Position numbers and translations under genes: made by a program
Notes under the pieces: model-generated
Seen by the model: the letters and a program-made list of their open reading frames with translations, nothing else
Told to the model about the DNA's origin: nothing
The model's database searches: none
Origin: Naegleria gruberi
Taxonomy: Eukaryota
Assembly (NCBI GenBank): GCA_000004985.1
Contig: GG738895.1
Direction: 5' to 3' (one strand)
Length of the DNA stretch: 64,000 nt
Shown here: positions 21,720 to 34,214 of the stretch, piece after piece
Numbering within the stretch: position 1 is the first letter of the stretch
Layout of the letters: each line of letters begins with the position of its first letter

Positions 21720-23576
21720 CTAGTGCATGCTAGAGGTGAATATAAAATGTCCATTGGCATGGTAGATGAAATTTGAGTGATTTTTCATTTCTTGGAACGA
21801 AACTTGTTGAGTTTGAATGAAATCTGAAGGGAGGAGTATTTTGGAGCATAGTTGAGGAAGAATTGGAGTGAAGAGAGTTTGAATTTGGTTTGGAGTGCGG
21901 AATTTGAAAGCAATCAAATCACAACAGCTAATTAAAATCAAGTCATCGTTCAAGATCTTGAAGGAATAGGTGTAATCCTTCACGTTGAGATATTCGTGGA
22001 CCAGTTGTCCATCATTGAGAGTCTGATGCATAAAGTTTTGAATCTTTAGATAAAGGTGCTGAGATGAGGTTGAATCTTGTTCATTCATCTTCAAGACACC
22101 AATATCTGAAGAGTTCCAATATGACGATCCAATCAAGTCTTTCGAATAATCAAAGAATAATTTTCTGTGCTCTTCAGATGAAAATTCCAATTTTTCAATT
22201 GTTGAGTGTTGAAGGGATTCTAAAGAAAGTGAGGAATCCAGATGAGTTTTGAGGAATATTGGTGGACAACAAGCTACTCTTTCTCTCTTCATATCTATGA
22301 GCATTGAGTTGCATTGTTGGTGAAATGAGCTCATCTCCTTTGAGATGTCAATTGTCTTGAAAATATTGTAAGTATTCTCAATAATTTCTACATTTAGATT
22401 GGTCAAGAGTTTGTTCGAAATCATGTCTCTGTATTCATTGAGAACTTTGAAACAGGTTTCCAGGTTAGAAAGCATATTTTCCATCTCTCTATACATTAAA
22501 GGTTGTGTTCGATTGTCCCTATCAACTACCATTCGTTTAGAATATAATTCTATATTCTCCAGTTGTGCATCTGTTTGCACCATTTGGAATGCAATAGATT
22601 TTACAATGTGGAGAAAATCTCCTTCCTCGCCTGCTGTTTTAAAATCTTGTTCAGAGTTGCTTGATTTCTTGTTTGTGGACCCTGCCTTGAAATGTGATTC
22701 GAACATGTTTTGAATTAATTGAGGTAAATCCACATTTCTTTGCTTTTTTCTAAGCATTTTGTAATTTTGCATTAAATTATCCCATTTAAGGTTTTTCACT
22801 TCAAACCATTTCCTGAATAGCTCCTCATTAAAGTCCTTCTCCAATAATTTCTTTTCTCTAAATTCTCTTTCCCATAAAATACATTGTTTACAAATTTTTG
22901 AATAATCAATTAGTTTCACACTTTCAACTCGTTTTCTAAAATCCAAAGATTTCAAATTTGATTTCATATCGTCATGATACAAATCAGTTAAATCCTCATC
23001 CATACACCCATGAACAATTCCAAAATTATCCAACAGCTCACTAACCAATTCATGATCCTCAACTCCCAAAAACTCAATCAACACAGCTCTTTGTCTAATC
23101 TTTGCCTTGTGAATTCTCATCACTCGTCCAACCATTGACAATATCTGTCTGACACCTCTCACCATCTTTAACACAATATTTCTCTGAACAAAATCCTTCA
23201 CAGGACACTCATATTTTTGTTCATGATATCCATACGTTAATTTAATTTGATTATTGATGGCATCAGCAGTTCCTTTAAAACAATCAATGACAATTCCCTT
23301 CTCACTATCAATGACTATTAAATTCCGATTCTCTTCCAATTTATTCTCCACACAGAAATCGAAACAAACTTTCTGTGAGGGAAGTTTTCTCTTGTAGGCT
23401 GGTGTTGTTTTATTGGTGGTGGTGATTGGAATCCAGTAGATTACATCTCTATCGATAGAATCAGTGGAGCCATGAACAACCCATGGAAGCTTTCTCAACT
23501 CTTCCAGTGTCCAATCATTGGTTGTGAGTGAATCTTCAACTACTGGTCCGATATCATTCAATTGATTTTCCATCAT
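21720..23576 (-). CDS. Hypothetical protein of about 618 aa with no recognised family
   Basis: The track ORF starts at TTG 23666. The first in-frame ATG is 23576 (MMENQLNDIG...). It contains WVVHGSTDSIDRDVIYWI, weakly reminiscent of a GS...D.D nucleotidyltransferase motif. The C-terminal two-thirds are helical. Confidence 0.5.
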   Translation of the reverse strand: MMENQLNDIGPVVEDSLTTNDWTLEELRKLPWVVHGSTDSIDRDVIYWIPITTTNKTTPAYKRKLPSQKVCFDFCVENKLEENRNLIVIDSEKGIVIDCFKGTADAINNQIKLTYGYHEQKYECPVKDFVQRNIVLKMVRGVRQILSMVGRVMRIHKAKIRQRAVLIEFLGVEDHELVSELLDNFGIVHGCMDEDLTDLYHDDMKSNLKSLDFRKRVESVKLIDYSKICKQCILWEREFREKKLLEKDFNEELFRKWFEVKNLKWDNLMQNYKMLRKKQRNVDLPQLIQNMFESHFKAGSTNKKSSNSEQDFKTAGEEGDFLHIVKSIAFQMVQTDAQLENIELYSKRMVVDRDNRTQPLMYREMENMLSNLETCFKVLNEYRDMISNKLLTNLNVEIIENTYNIFKTIDISKEMSSFHQQCNSMLIDMKRERVACCPPIFLKTHLDSSLSLESLQHSTIEKLEFSSEEHRKLFFDYSKDLIGSSYWNSSDIGVLKMNEQDSTSSQHLYLKIQNFMHQTLNDGQLVHEYLNVKDYTYSFKILNDDLILISCCDLIAFKFRTPNQIQTLFTPILPQLCSKILLPSDFIQTQQVSFQEMKNHSNFIYHANGHFIFTSSMH

Positions 23577-23902
23577 TTTGTTTACCAAAGTGTAATGTGA
23601 TGGTAATTTTTTGTGTTTGGTGAATTTATAAAATTGCACCCAAAGTTCATGCTGAATTTGTTTCAAATTTGCATTTACTTAACAATTTTACAATCAGCAT
23701 TTTGTTATTAAATTAATAATTATAAGAATATTACTCCGAATCATAAATTAATAATAATAGTAAATTTAATTATTAAAAAAAATCATCAAAAATCCCAAAG
23801 AACACATTTTCATCATCTGTTATAATCAAAATAATCAAATTGCAAATATATTAAATTAATAACTTAACGGAATACAAAGTAGTAGCAATATTAGATAAGA
23901 AA

Positions 23903-26818
23903 ATGGGAGCAAAAGTTAAAATTCAAGTAAAAAGCTGTAGAAATTTACCAATCATGGATAGGAGTAGTGGATTAACAGATGCCTATGTTGTTGTTAAATG
24001 TGGTAGTGAATATCAATTTAAAACACCTGTCTGTAGGAAAACTTTAAATCCATCATGGAATATTGACGCTTTTAGATTTGAAGTGCCGAATAATGATTAT
24101 TTACAGGAAAATGTAATTGAATTTAAAATTATTGATTATGATGTAGTTACACAGGATGATGTAATCGGAACAGTTATTGTTGATACTAATTTATTAGCCT
24201 TGAATCAGGTAAATCAATTTAGTGGTTGGTTGCCAATTTTTGACTCATTTAGAGGAGTTTGTGGAGAATTGAATATTCATATCAAGATTGATTTCATTCA
24301 AAATATTAATCCATACCGAGACAGTTGTCCAGAAGTTCAATTCTTTTCATGTCCAAGTATTTATCCACTCATGGAATATACTCAATATTCTATAAGAATT
24401 AGTGATTTTGTTGAGGAATTATTAATCGATGACGATCCAGAATATGATTCGTTCAAGGATTTATTGAGAAGCAGTCGAAGTTCAAACGATCAGAGACAAT
24501 TACTTCTCTATCAATTATCTGGTAGATTAAAAAGAAGAATGGGAAAGAAAGTCCAAGAAGCTAATGACAACATTATATTTGGATATGAGGAATGTTTTGA
24601 TTTGGAAAATGATATTATTATTGTGAGAGGTTTGGGAACTAGATGCAAATTATCAACAAAAAGACTAGTTGAAGAAATTCCACAAATAGCTCTACCAGGC
24701 ACACCTCCAATGAATATCATTCCACTCACTGATTTTGCATCTTCGCCACTGGCTGCTGCTTCTGTTGATTCTCCAACCAATACATTCAATGGACAAAGTG
24801 ATGTGAAATTAATTACCATCAAGACACTTGACTCACAACATATCAAATACATGGCAGGTATTGTTCAAGCAAGATCTGTCAAATTACTCTCACCAGATAT
24901 GAAACTAAGTGATATGCAAAAAGAAAGAGACGGATGGTGGAATGAATTAAGAGCAGAAATCAAGGAAAATGCCAGATCACTCGGTTGTACTCATGTGATT
25001 GGCTATTCTGAACAATATGAATTATTTTCCAAGGGATCAGTTTGTATCCTTTGTGCAGAAGGAACAGCAGCTGTGCTCAATCCTCAATTTGAGAATTACA
25101 ATATTAGAAACTTGTCTGATGATCAAGAAGAAAAGGAAGTTGACAAGCATATTGAAGATAGATACTGTAGAATGTTCCACCTTCCTAAGAATAGTCCATT
25201 CTTTAGAGCTGGTGCTTCTGTGTGTCCATTACGTGGTGATGGTTATGTTCCAAATATGTTTATTTCAACTTGTGAAATTCCAAACATTATAGAACAAAGA
25301 TTTTCATTACAACAAAAGCACTTTATTGAAGCCAGAATTTGTAGAACCAAGAAGAAGAAATTTGGAGAAAGCAATGCTTATAGTATTAGTAATGTTCTAC
25401 CTTTCGTGGTTCACGATCTTCACAAGCAATTTGTGCACAAAATGAATTTGTGTCACTGTAATGCTGCTTTCAGTGTTTCCTATAATCTTGCTATTAATGA
25501 CAATTTCATTATTTTAACATGTAGAGGAACTGGTCTGTGCATTGATGCCCTCCCAAGAAATGAAAAGATGAGCTTTATTCTCCCAGATGAGAAAGACAAT
25601 ACTGACCAAATAAGACTCTTGACAGATTATAGTGATTACTATGTAAGTTGAATATTATACCAGTGTATCTAATTTTCAAAGTCTATATTATTGGACAATT
25701 CTATTGAAGAAAGACATGAAGAAGCCGAAACTGAAGAAAATGTAGATTCTCCAAGAGGAAAGGATTTGAATGATAGTATATCTTCTGGTTCTGAAAATGA
25801 GGAACTTATTGAAAGTGGAAGTGCTGGATTTGCTCTTGAAATGGCAGATGAACAGGATGAAGATTTCATCAACTCACTTGTGGAACCTCTTTTACCTTGT
25901 GGAATTCATTTTACAACATTGAAACATATTTCAGAACTTGCATCCAAATCAATGTCTCATCTTCAGTACATCTTCTTAGAAAAGTCATTCCCTCTCAAGA
26001 CTGATAATGTTAAAAAGCAACAACAGTACATTGCTTCACTTTTCAGAGAGTTGTACATTACCCTGTCTTTCAAATTATTACTGCTTTCCAATGAAGAATT
26101 GAATCAAAGTGTTTATGTGATGGGTATTTCTGAAAAACTCAGATTGGAAGATTCAAACGATTTGATTATTACCTTGCAAGCTATGCCAGCTTTGGTCACT
26201 TCACACCAACTCAAAGCCAATCCACAACTTGAACAAATGAAGGCCAATCTACCACAACTCCTTCCACCACTACCACACCCACAGTCCATTACCACTAATA
26301 TTGATATTGGAAGTCCAAGAAAGAGAGACACTTCACCACTCAATAGAGGCACTTCACAAAATCTCACTTCAAGCTTTGAAACTCCTGAAATGCTTTTCAA
26401 TATGGATATTGACCAAAAATCAGAAACACCTTCGGTAATACCTGAAGAACGTGATATCGATAAGGAATGGATGGAAGAGCAGTATGTTGTCATTACACCA
26501 ATGTACTTTATTCCTGGAGCCAAAATTGAAAAGGTAGTCGGTGCTATTACACAACACCTTGTTAGAGAGTCCACCAATGTAGTCCAATTCAGTTCCTTCC
26601 AACAGGAATGCATCATGGAAGCAACTTCCATCATTAGAGCACACACTAAGGCCATCGACTGCAATGCCCTCATTAATTATTCTGTCAAATTCCATGCTGT
26701 GTTAGATAATCCATCTAAGAAGCAAGCTTACATCATGCTGACAATTTCTGGTGATGCTTGTAAGGTTTCCTACTCTTCCTCCTCAGGCCTTCAAAGATTA
26801 ACAGAATTATCCAAATAA
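23903..26818 (+). CDS. C2-domain protein (C2CD5-like size, about 958 aa); 2 exons
   Basis: Proposed structure is join(23903..25642,25682..26818). The ORF 23903..25651 ends in GTAAGT, and ORF 25691..26818 is in the same frame but lacks an ATG. A 39-nt intron GTAAGT...TTTTCAAAG fuses them. The N-terminal segment VKIQVKSCRNLPIMDRSSGLTDAYVVVKCG...TLNPSWN is a C2 domain. Confidence 0.6.
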
Positions 26819-26990
26819 TAATATTATCATAATACTGTATAGACCATTCCCACAAATTATCCAAAGTGTGCGCCTCAGAGAACTCTCCAAGAATATATAG
26901 AGATAGGTGCTGCACTGTGCAAAACACGGAACAATTTATTTGCCTCCACAACGTTCATGAAAAACAAATAAAAACGCACAAACACAATCA

Positions 26991-28058
26991 ATGAACAGTC
27001 ATCATCATCATAATCACCAACACAAACCATTTAATGGTGCAATATTAATCTTCTTCATCACCACATTGTTCAGCTTAATAGCATTCGGATACTGTTCAAC
27101 CTTAATAGAAAACTCAGCAAGGGATGTAAACATTGCCTCGGCAATATCCATTGATGTAAAGAAGGAAACACGGGACAAGTTATATGGAAAGAATCACATC
27201 CTCTACATTGCCTCATTCAATGTGAGTTCCAACAACAATGATCAGGTAACAGTGACTACATCCTTGATATCCACCAATGGAGACACTTCACTTCCGATCC
27301 AAATTGAAGTTTGGCAAATTGATGATACCTATGGCTACATTTCCAACATTACACTGGTGTCAACAATGAAGGAACAAATTCTGCTCGAATATAACGGAAA
27401 ATCAGTTCAGCAATATTATGTGAGAGTGAGATCGTTCTATGTGAAATCGACTTCCTTTGGAGAATTTTCAATCTCTTTCACAATGGAAAAGAAATTAGAT
27501 TATGGATTGATTTTTGGATTGGCAATTGGTATTCCATGTGGAATTTTATTACTTTTTATTGTGTTGGGAGCTGTTGGACATGTTAAAATTCAGAAAATGA
27601 GATTGGAAAATTATGATAGGGAACGTCAAGCTAGTGCACCAAAAAACGTAAAACTCAAACCAAATGTCAAAAGTAATTTTGAACAACCTGAATATGAAGT
27701 TGAACCTTTACCAATTTTATCAAATTTACCTCAATTTCCAAAAGTTAAAGAAGAACCACCAAAACATCAAACAATTTCCTCAGAGGATCTCATTAAATTT
27801 GAAGGACAATCCATGGTCGGAGATGAAGCAATTTCTGAAATTTCAGTGGTTGATGAAGAAGATGTCAGAGTTTCCATGCCTAGAGTTCCCCTTCCTAAAT
27901 ATATTGAACCACGAGATGCTGTTTCAGATAAGATTCCTCAAGTAGAACCAACTCCATCTTCCACTCCTCCACCTTGTGTCGAAAGTGAAATTCAACCAGT
28001 TCCTTCTGAAGACGAAGTGAATTTTGATATTTCAGTTCCACTTCCAGATAAAATTTAG
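26991..28058 (+). CDS. Hypothetical single-pass membrane protein (355 aa)
   Basis: ATG start. His-rich N-terminus followed by a hydrophobic segment. A second hydrophobic helix is LIFGLAIGIPCGILLLFIVLGAV. The C-terminal tail is Pro/Glu-rich. Confidence 0.45.
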   Translation: MNSHHHHNHQHKPFNGAILIFFITTLFSLIAFGYCSTLIENSARDVNIASAISIDVKKETRDKLYGKNHILYIASFNVSSNNNDQVTVTTSLISTNGDTSLPIQIEVWQIDDTYGYISNITLVSTMKEQILLEYNGKSVQQYYVRVRSFYVKSTSFGEFSISFTMEKKLDYGLIFGLAIGIPCGILLLFIVLGAVGHVKIQKMRLENYDRERQASAPKNVKLKPNVKSNFEQPEYEVEPLPILSNLPQFPKVKEEPPKHQTISSEDLIKFEGQSMVGDEAISEISVVDEEDVRVSMPRVPLPKYIEPRDAVSDKIPQVEPTPSSTPPPCVESEIQPVPSEDEVNFDISVPLPDKI

Positions 28059-28082
28059 TGAGATTTGTAAATTTAAATTGAG

Positions 28083-29908
28083 CTAATTGAGTTTCTTTAA
28101 TTTCAAATAAATATCCCTGCTTGGTTTCATTGTCACATCGGCTACTTCTCCAATTTCTCCCTCAGTTGCACATTCCAATTCAAAACTAGTGATTACTTGA
28201 TGTAAGATGCTTAATATTTCAATTTCTGCAAATCTCTTTCCAATGCATTGTCTCTTACCAGCAGAGAATGGACAAAAGATAAATTTGTTTTCCTTTAACA
28301 TGTCAATAACCTCTGGTCTGTCAAAACGTTCAGGAACAAATTCCATTGAATCATTTCCCCAATAATCTGGATCAGTTTGTGAAATGCAAAACTTCATTTC
28401 TATAGTGACTCCTTTTGGAACCATTTTACCAGCAATTTCAACTTTTTGCATGGAAAATCTGCTATTGGTTGGAGCAGGTCCTTTCAATCTCAAAGTTTCA
28501 GAGACAACATTTCTGGCATATGTCAACTTGTCCATATCCATATAAAGTGAAAAATCAATTCCTGATTCTCCAACTTGTTCTCTAAATTCATTTCTGAGTT
28601 TTTCTTGTCTTTCTTTATCCTTTGATAAAAGATAAAACATCCAAATTTGTACATTTTGTGACGTATCCCAACCTGCTAGCAAAAAGGCATGAGAATTGGC
28701 TAAATAATTCCATTAGAAAATTGACAATTTCCTCAATAACTTACCAACAATTTCATCCTTTGTGAATCCATATTTCGTATAAGTGTCATCAGTTTGTCTA
28801 TCATCCTCTCTCTTTGAAAGTAACATTTGTGAAATCAAATTGCTCTTGAAAATTTCACCGCTTTCACTTTCCAATTTAATTTCATTTTCTCTTTTCTCAA
28901 CAATGTTAAACAAGATATTTGGCCATTCCTTGAAAACCATCTTGTACTTTTCTGGGAAGAAGATTTTAGTGAATGCCTCAATGTGTTTCCTCTTGAATAA
29001 TAATCCAGCAGATAGTACTTGAAAGATTGTTTTTGTAATGAGTGGCATTCTTTCATTTTCATTTCCAATTGCATCCAAATCTGCCATTCCAAATCCAGCT
29101 CTTCCAATAACATCCTATTATCATTTCGAATATTTTTAAATAATGGTCAACTCTGTTTTTCATTGTAAACTTGAAAACTTACAATGGCGACTCTATTAAT
29201 CCAATTATTAATAATGATAGTATCACTTTTATCCCTATTCTCCCACATCTTCTCAACCAATCTCTTGGCAATATATGAAATATGATCTCTCAATACAAGT
29301 GACAGAACTTCATCAGAGAAACTTGGCTTGGTCAATTGACGATGTCTCTTCCATCCATCTCCATAATCAGTAAATAAATTCTTTACATGATGAGGAATAT
29401 TCATATTATTAAACAATGGATGTTTACGGAAATATTTATCTTTTGTAACCAAAATCTCTTTATAATTATCAGGATGACTATTCTCAAACGAAAATTATCA
29501 AATTTTGTGCAAAATTGTAAAATATATGAAATTATTTTCCTCCTTGACTCATTCCACAATCAAAAACACTTACACTGCAAAACAAACAGTATTAGTTCCA
29601 ATAGTAATTCTCCAAATATTTTCCTTTCCAAACTTTTTAGCATTCCTAGCTTGTAAACGAGGTGAAAATAAAAAGTCCTGCTCTGGATTGAATAATCGGA
29701 GGGTAAAGTAAGAGTAGAATGAATAGCCAGGGATGTGTTTTACTCGTTGAATTTCTTTAAAGTGTTGGTAATAGGCATAGAGATGATAGATCACAAATAA
29801 TATTAAAAGTACATAAATAAAATTCCATAACCACGCATGAGATGAAGCAGTAGTGTGGTTGATGTTAGACAGTAAACCATCAATTGTGTTGTGCTGGCTT
29901 ATGGACAT
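28083..29908 (-). CDS. Cytochrome P450 monooxygenase, 4 exons, 538 aa
   Basis: Proposed structure is join(29908..29574,29477..29183,29114..28745,28699..28083). Introns are GTAAGT..GAGAATAG (96 nt), GTAAGT..GATAATAG (68 nt) and GTAAGT..TTATTTAG (39 nt). Exon lengths sum to 1617, which is 3 x 539. Motifs present: an N-terminal TM anchor, GWKRHRQLTKPSF, the I-helix LLAGWDTS, ETLR and the heme loop FCPFSAGKRQCIGKRFA. Confidence 0.85.
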
Positions 29909-30134
29909 TTTTTATGACTGTTTGAATTTAAAGGTCGGTGGCATTGGAAACATGCAAGTTTAATAAAGAAAATAATTGATTGTCCTATAGAAAAACATGT
30001 CCCCTCTCCTCTGATTGCCCTCTTTCAAGCCACTTTCCAACAAAATTCTTCACCAATAAATAATTCTTCACAAGTGCAAAATCAATTTTTCTTCAAAAAT
30101 TCGTTTTCAAAATTAAAAATAAAATTGAAAAAAA

Positions 30135-32117
30135 ATGTTGAACAATAATAATGGAGAGGGTGATAGTTCCATGCCTAATGTAACATCATCATCATCGGAT
30201 TCGAGAGCTGATATGATGATGACACAGGAGGATGAAGGTGTTGATATTGGAGAAATTGCAAAGAAATTTAATCCAGCACAGGATGGTGATGTAGAAATGG
30301 GAGAAGCCTCTTCGTCATCTTCCGATGGTGATGAAGTTGTAAAGAGATTTGAAGTTTATTTATCACATAAATTGTCTGATAAACTTTACTTGCTACAATA
30401 TCCACTTCGTCCAAAGAATAATAATTATAATTTTCAACAATTGAAGGAAGTTAGATTTAAACCGAATCACAACAAGATGGAAATGGATTTTGAAGTGAAT
30501 ACAAGAAGCGAACATTATAATACAGATTCTGGTCAAGAATATTCTACATTTTCCCTTTCATCAACTAGTGTTCCTGTCAAGGCAAATTATGCTGTTGGTA
30601 TTCTTAGAGGAAATCAATTGCATCTTACTCCTTTGTGGAACATGTTACAATTACGTCCTGGTTTCCAACATATTAATGATGGTTATTCAACTGGAAAGAG
30701 TAAAGTTGTAAGAAAAAAGAAGGGAGAAGAAGGAGAGGAAAATGGTGATAAAAAGAATGAAGCTGTACCAAATGCTTCTCAAGGAGGTGGTATGAACTTT
30801 AGATTACAATCGGATAGAAAGGCATTGGAAAGATCATATCAATTTATGAAGGATCAAGAAAATAATGAAAAATCCATTAACTTGGCTCTCTATTCACCTC
30901 AAGACTCTAGACAACATATTGAATCACTCTTTGAACAAAGAGATGATCCTGTTAGATTTAATGTACCACCAACTGCCTATCTTAAACAATTGGTTCAATA
31001 TAGAGAAGAAGATCAATCAGCTATGGCTCAAGGTTCTTTGGGAGCAATCAAGAAAATCAAATTGGGAGAAAGACAAGTTTACTATGCCTTGTATCTTGCT
31101 AAAATTCTTCCATTCTCAAAGATTAGAGAGCTTTCAACACGTATAAAGAGTGATGAAGAAATGCTCAATGCTCTCCAGCGATATGGTGTATTTGTGGATG
31201 GTAGATGGGTTCTCAAATCAGAATTCAATGAAAAGATTATCAAATTGAAAGACTTGGATAAGAATCCTTGGACTTGTCTTAAATATCCAAAAACAGCAGC
31301 CTTTAGAGAATATTTACTTTACCTCTTCCAAACAGAAAAGAAAGTTATCAGAAAAAAGTTTGTTGAAAAGACTGGCATTGAAGCTGATAGGGCCAAACAA
31401 TTACTCGAAGAAGTTGCTGTATTAAAGAAGGTATCTCAAGACGCAGATGAAGATGATGAATTGGCTGCCTACTGGGTTCTTAAATATGACGTGGATCAAG
31501 AATTCATTGACGAGTTTAGATCATTTGCTGGTTTGACAGTCAAGCAAATGTGGACAAAGAGAGAATTGGAAATTAATAACTTGACTAATTCTAACTTTAG
31601 AGATTTATCAATTCTCTTACATGATGTTCCAAAATCAAATGCAAGAGGTGTGGGAGGTGCTACACCAAACAGATTTGTTGCTTCTGTGGAAAGTGAATTG
31701 AAATTGTTCATTACCAATACCCTTCTTGAAAATGGTGTCTGTAGTGATGTCTTACTCAAGAAGAAGAAGAATGAAAACCCATCTAAGTACATTAATAATG
31801 CTAAGGAAGAAGATTTCTTAAAAATTTTGGATGAAGTTTCTATTGAATTTAATAATGCTAGAATTATGAAGTACAGATCTGATTACTCAGAGAAGGAAAA
31901 CAAATATAGAGAGGCCATTGTAAAGGCATTTAAAGAGAACAAATATTGTCTTTCAAAGCCAAACGTTAAGGAGGTCATTAAGAATGCTTTCAATGAAGAT
32001 ATTCCACAAAACAGTTTTGTAAGAATCATGGTTGAATTGGCCATAAACGATGCAACTAACAAATGGCACGCAAAAACAGGTACTGAAGCTCTCAAACCTT
32101 CCAATACTACTGTATAA
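30135..32117 (+). CDS. DNA-directed RNA polymerase III subunit RPC5 (C37/Sin-like) homolog
   Basis: 660-aa ORF with an AAAAAATG start. The N-terminal block VKRFEVYLSHKLSDKLYLLQYPLRP is typical of the RPC5/Sin family. The centre is acidic and Lys-rich. Confidence 0.6.
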   Translation: MLNNNNGEGDSSMPNVTSSSSDSRADMMMTQEDEGVDIGEIAKKFNPAQDGDVEMGEASSSSSDGDEVVKRFEVYLSHKLSDKLYLLQYPLRPKNNNYNFQQLKEVRFKPNHNKMEMDFEVNTRSEHYNTDSGQEYSTFSLSSTSVPVKANYAVGILRGNQLHLTPLWNMLQLRPGFQHINDGYSTGKSKVVRKKKGEEGEENGDKKNEAVPNASQGGGMNFRLQSDRKALERSYQFMKDQENNEKSINLALYSPQDSRQHIESLFEQRDDPVRFNVPPTAYLKQLVQYREEDQSAMAQGSLGAIKKIKLGERQVYYALYLAKILPFSKIRELSTRIKSDEEMLNALQRYGVFVDGRWVLKSEFNEKIIKLKDLDKNPWTCLKYPKTAAFREYLLYLFQTEKKVIRKKFVEKTGIEADRAKQLLEEVAVLKKVSQDADEDDELAAYWVLKYDVDQEFIDEFRSFAGLTVKQMWTKRELEINNLTNSNFRDLSILLHDVPKSNARGVGGATPNRFVASVESELKLFITNTLLENGVCSDVLLKKKKNENPSKYINNAKEEDFLKILDEVSIEFNNARIMKYRSDYSEKENKYREAIVKAFKENKYCLSKPNVKEVIKNAFNEDIPQNSFVRIMVELAINDATNKWHAKTGTEALKPSNTTV

Positions 32118-32275
32118 ATCAAAATATTACACTCAACTAATTGTAGAACCAACTCATATAAACTTTAATTTATTTTCCTACCAAGAAGACAGAAAATCTT
32201 TGCTCAACCATCAAGAAGAAAATTATCACATCAACATCATACAAAAATCAAATAATTAATTAAAATAAATAAAAA

Positions 32276-32680
32276 ATGACTACTGCCCAAGCACCAATCA
32301 AGACTTTGTCAGAAGACGAAGAAATGTATGTCGAAGCTGAAGGAAAACTCTTCGAATTATACAAACACAGATCAACAAATATTGCTCAATCCCAAGCTTT
32401 GGAAAGAGAAAAGAGAATGGCTACTCTTACCTTTGTAGAACTTGATAAACTTCCTTCCGATACAATCACATACAAGGCTGTAGGAAGATCCTTCATCACC
32501 AGAAAACAAGATGTTTTAAAGGGAGATATTCGTAATAATATTGAATATTGTGATGTGGAACTTAAAAAGCTTCAAGAAACGAGAATTTCTATTCAAAAGA
32601 GAATTGAAGCTGAAGAGGAATCATTTAAGACTATTATTCAAAAGATTCAACTTTCAAAACAACAACCTAAATCAAATTAA
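32276..32680 (+). CDS. Prefoldin subunit 1 (beta-type)
   Basis: 134 aa. Coiled coil, beta-hairpin (TYKAVGRSFITRKQD, compared with the PFDN1 motif YEGVGRMFIL), coiled coil. Confidence 0.65.
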   Translation: MTTAQAPIKTLSEDEEMYVEAEGKLFELYKHRSTNIAQSQALEREKRMATLTFVELDKLPSDTITYKAVGRSFITRKQDVLKGDIRNNIEYCDVELKKLQETRISIQKRIEAEEESFKTIIQKIQLSKQQPKSN

Positions 32681-32744
32681 TCATAAATTATTATTTTATT
32701 AGATATATAGTACACATTTAGCAACAACAACAATAACAAACATA

Positions 32745-33533
32745 TTATTGGAGAACTTTGTGGAATTGATTGTAAGCTTGTTCCACATCATAGTATAATT
32801 GTCTAGCTTGGTCATCATCAAGATTTTCGTGGGCTTTCATCTGGTTAAATGTTACAATCCAATCCTTTATCCTTAACTTTCCTTCAAATTCTTTAATTTG
32901 TAATTTGTTCAAAGAGTCCATTAAATCTAAAAGCATTGGAGCTAATTGATCTTTAGCAACCAATCCCAATTTGATAGAATCCATGAGTGTGATAAAGTAT
33001 TGAGTAGTTTGAGCAATTTGTTTAGCTGTTGATTCTCCACTGGTGTCTTTTCCACCATGTTCAACTGTTGCAGGAACACCAACTTTCAAAAGTCTATTAG
33101 TTGCTGCTGGACAGTCCAATTTATATTCTCTCATGAATTTTTCAATATCAGGTACATCTGCGGAAACAATTGGTGTGATCGTTTTGAATTTTGCAATTAA
33201 TTTTGAACAAGCCTTTGTATATTCATCGGCTTTTATAGAATCTTTAACGTAGGCCTTTTCCAATCTCTCTACAGAATAAATTAATGAATATAATTCAGAC
33301 ATATTTTCAAACTTTTCTCTGTCCTTTCTAGTTTCAAATAATTTTACCTTTTCTTGTGATACTTTTTGTGTTGGAGATGAAGAAGAAATTGGTGATGTTC
33401 GTGTTGGTGTTGTTGTTGATGATGATTGAACAGGAGATGGACTCGATGACATTGTCGATGATGATGTTGCCATGTTGATATTGCTTGGGGGAGCAGAGTA
33501 AACATTTCCCGAGTAGCTGTAAGTTCTTTGCAT
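32745..33533 (-). CDS. VPS28: ESCRT-I subunit Vps28
   Basis: 262 aa with ATG start at 33533. KLFETRKDREKFENMSELYSLIYSVERLEKAYVKDSI...EYTKACSKLIAKFK matches the Vps28 N-domain ([29 protein letters not shown]). The C-terminal four-helix bundle ends ...QLYYDVEQAYNQFHKVL. Confidence 0.85.
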   Translation of the reverse strand: MQRTYSYSGNVYSAPPSNINMATSSSTMSSSPSPVQSSSTTTPTRTSPISSSSPTQKVSQEKVKLFETRKDREKFENMSELYSLIYSVERLEKAYVKDSIKADEYTKACSKLIAKFKTITPIVSADVPDIEKFMREYKLDCPAATNRLLKVGVPATVEHGGKDTSGESTAKQIAQTTQYFITLMDSIKLGLVAKDQLAPMLLDLMDSLNKLQIKEFEGKLRIKDWIVTFNQMKAHENLDDDQARQLYYDVEQAYNQFHKVLQ

Positions 33534-33736
33534 TTTTTTAAAAATAGAAAAGGAAATGGAAACAAAGCGGACACAAGTTTAAAAACCTTAGATCTGATTA
33601 TTATTAAAGAATTTTGATTAATAATTATTATTTCATGAGCTTGATCCTAATAATGATTGAGATTGAATTTAATATCGATATTACATTTGATGAAGCTTTC
33701 GCGCCTTTTTCAAATGTTTTAAATTTTAAAAAAAAT

Positions 33737-34003
33737 ATGAAAATTAAAATTAAGAGATCGCTATTGGTTGCTAGTTGGACATGGAAGAGTCCGGATGAGG
33801 TTTGTGGTATTTGCCATTGGCCACTTGATGGTTTATCACCAGACGGAGCTTCTAAATTTCAGCAACCGGGAGATGATTGTCCTGTTGTATGGGGAAAATG
33901 TAAACATGCTTTCCATTTGACTTGTATTGCTAAATGGTTGGAAACTAAAACAACAGATGCACAAACTTGTCCAATGTGTAGAGTACACTGGGAATTCCTC
34001 TAA
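33737..34003 (+). CDS. APC11: Anaphase-promoting complex subunit 11 (RING-H2)
   Basis: MKIKIKRSLLVASWTWKSPDEVCGICHWPLDG...GDDCPVVWGKCKHAFHLTCIAKWL...CPMCRVHWEF matches the APC11 Cys/His spacing. The longer track ORF (from 33614) starts at a non-ATG. I chose ATG 33737. Confidence 0.85.
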   Translation: MKIKIKRSLLVASWTWKSPDEVCGICHWPLDGLSPDGASKFQQPGDDCPVVWGKCKHAFHLTCIAKWLETKTTDAQTCPMCRVHWEFL

Positions 34004-34214
34004 ATTATTATTAGGAATTTATTTGATGGTTTTTAAACCATTAATTGCTTGGAAAAAGAAAATTGCTTCCGATATCATGATTGAAGAATGAAGCATCAAA
34101 GATTAAGATTGAATAATATGTAATACTCGAATTCATAAGAATCTAGAAAAATTAGTTTGTTGAAATAAATAATTTGATAAAATCAAAAGTTATTATAATC
34201 TTTTAAAATCACAT

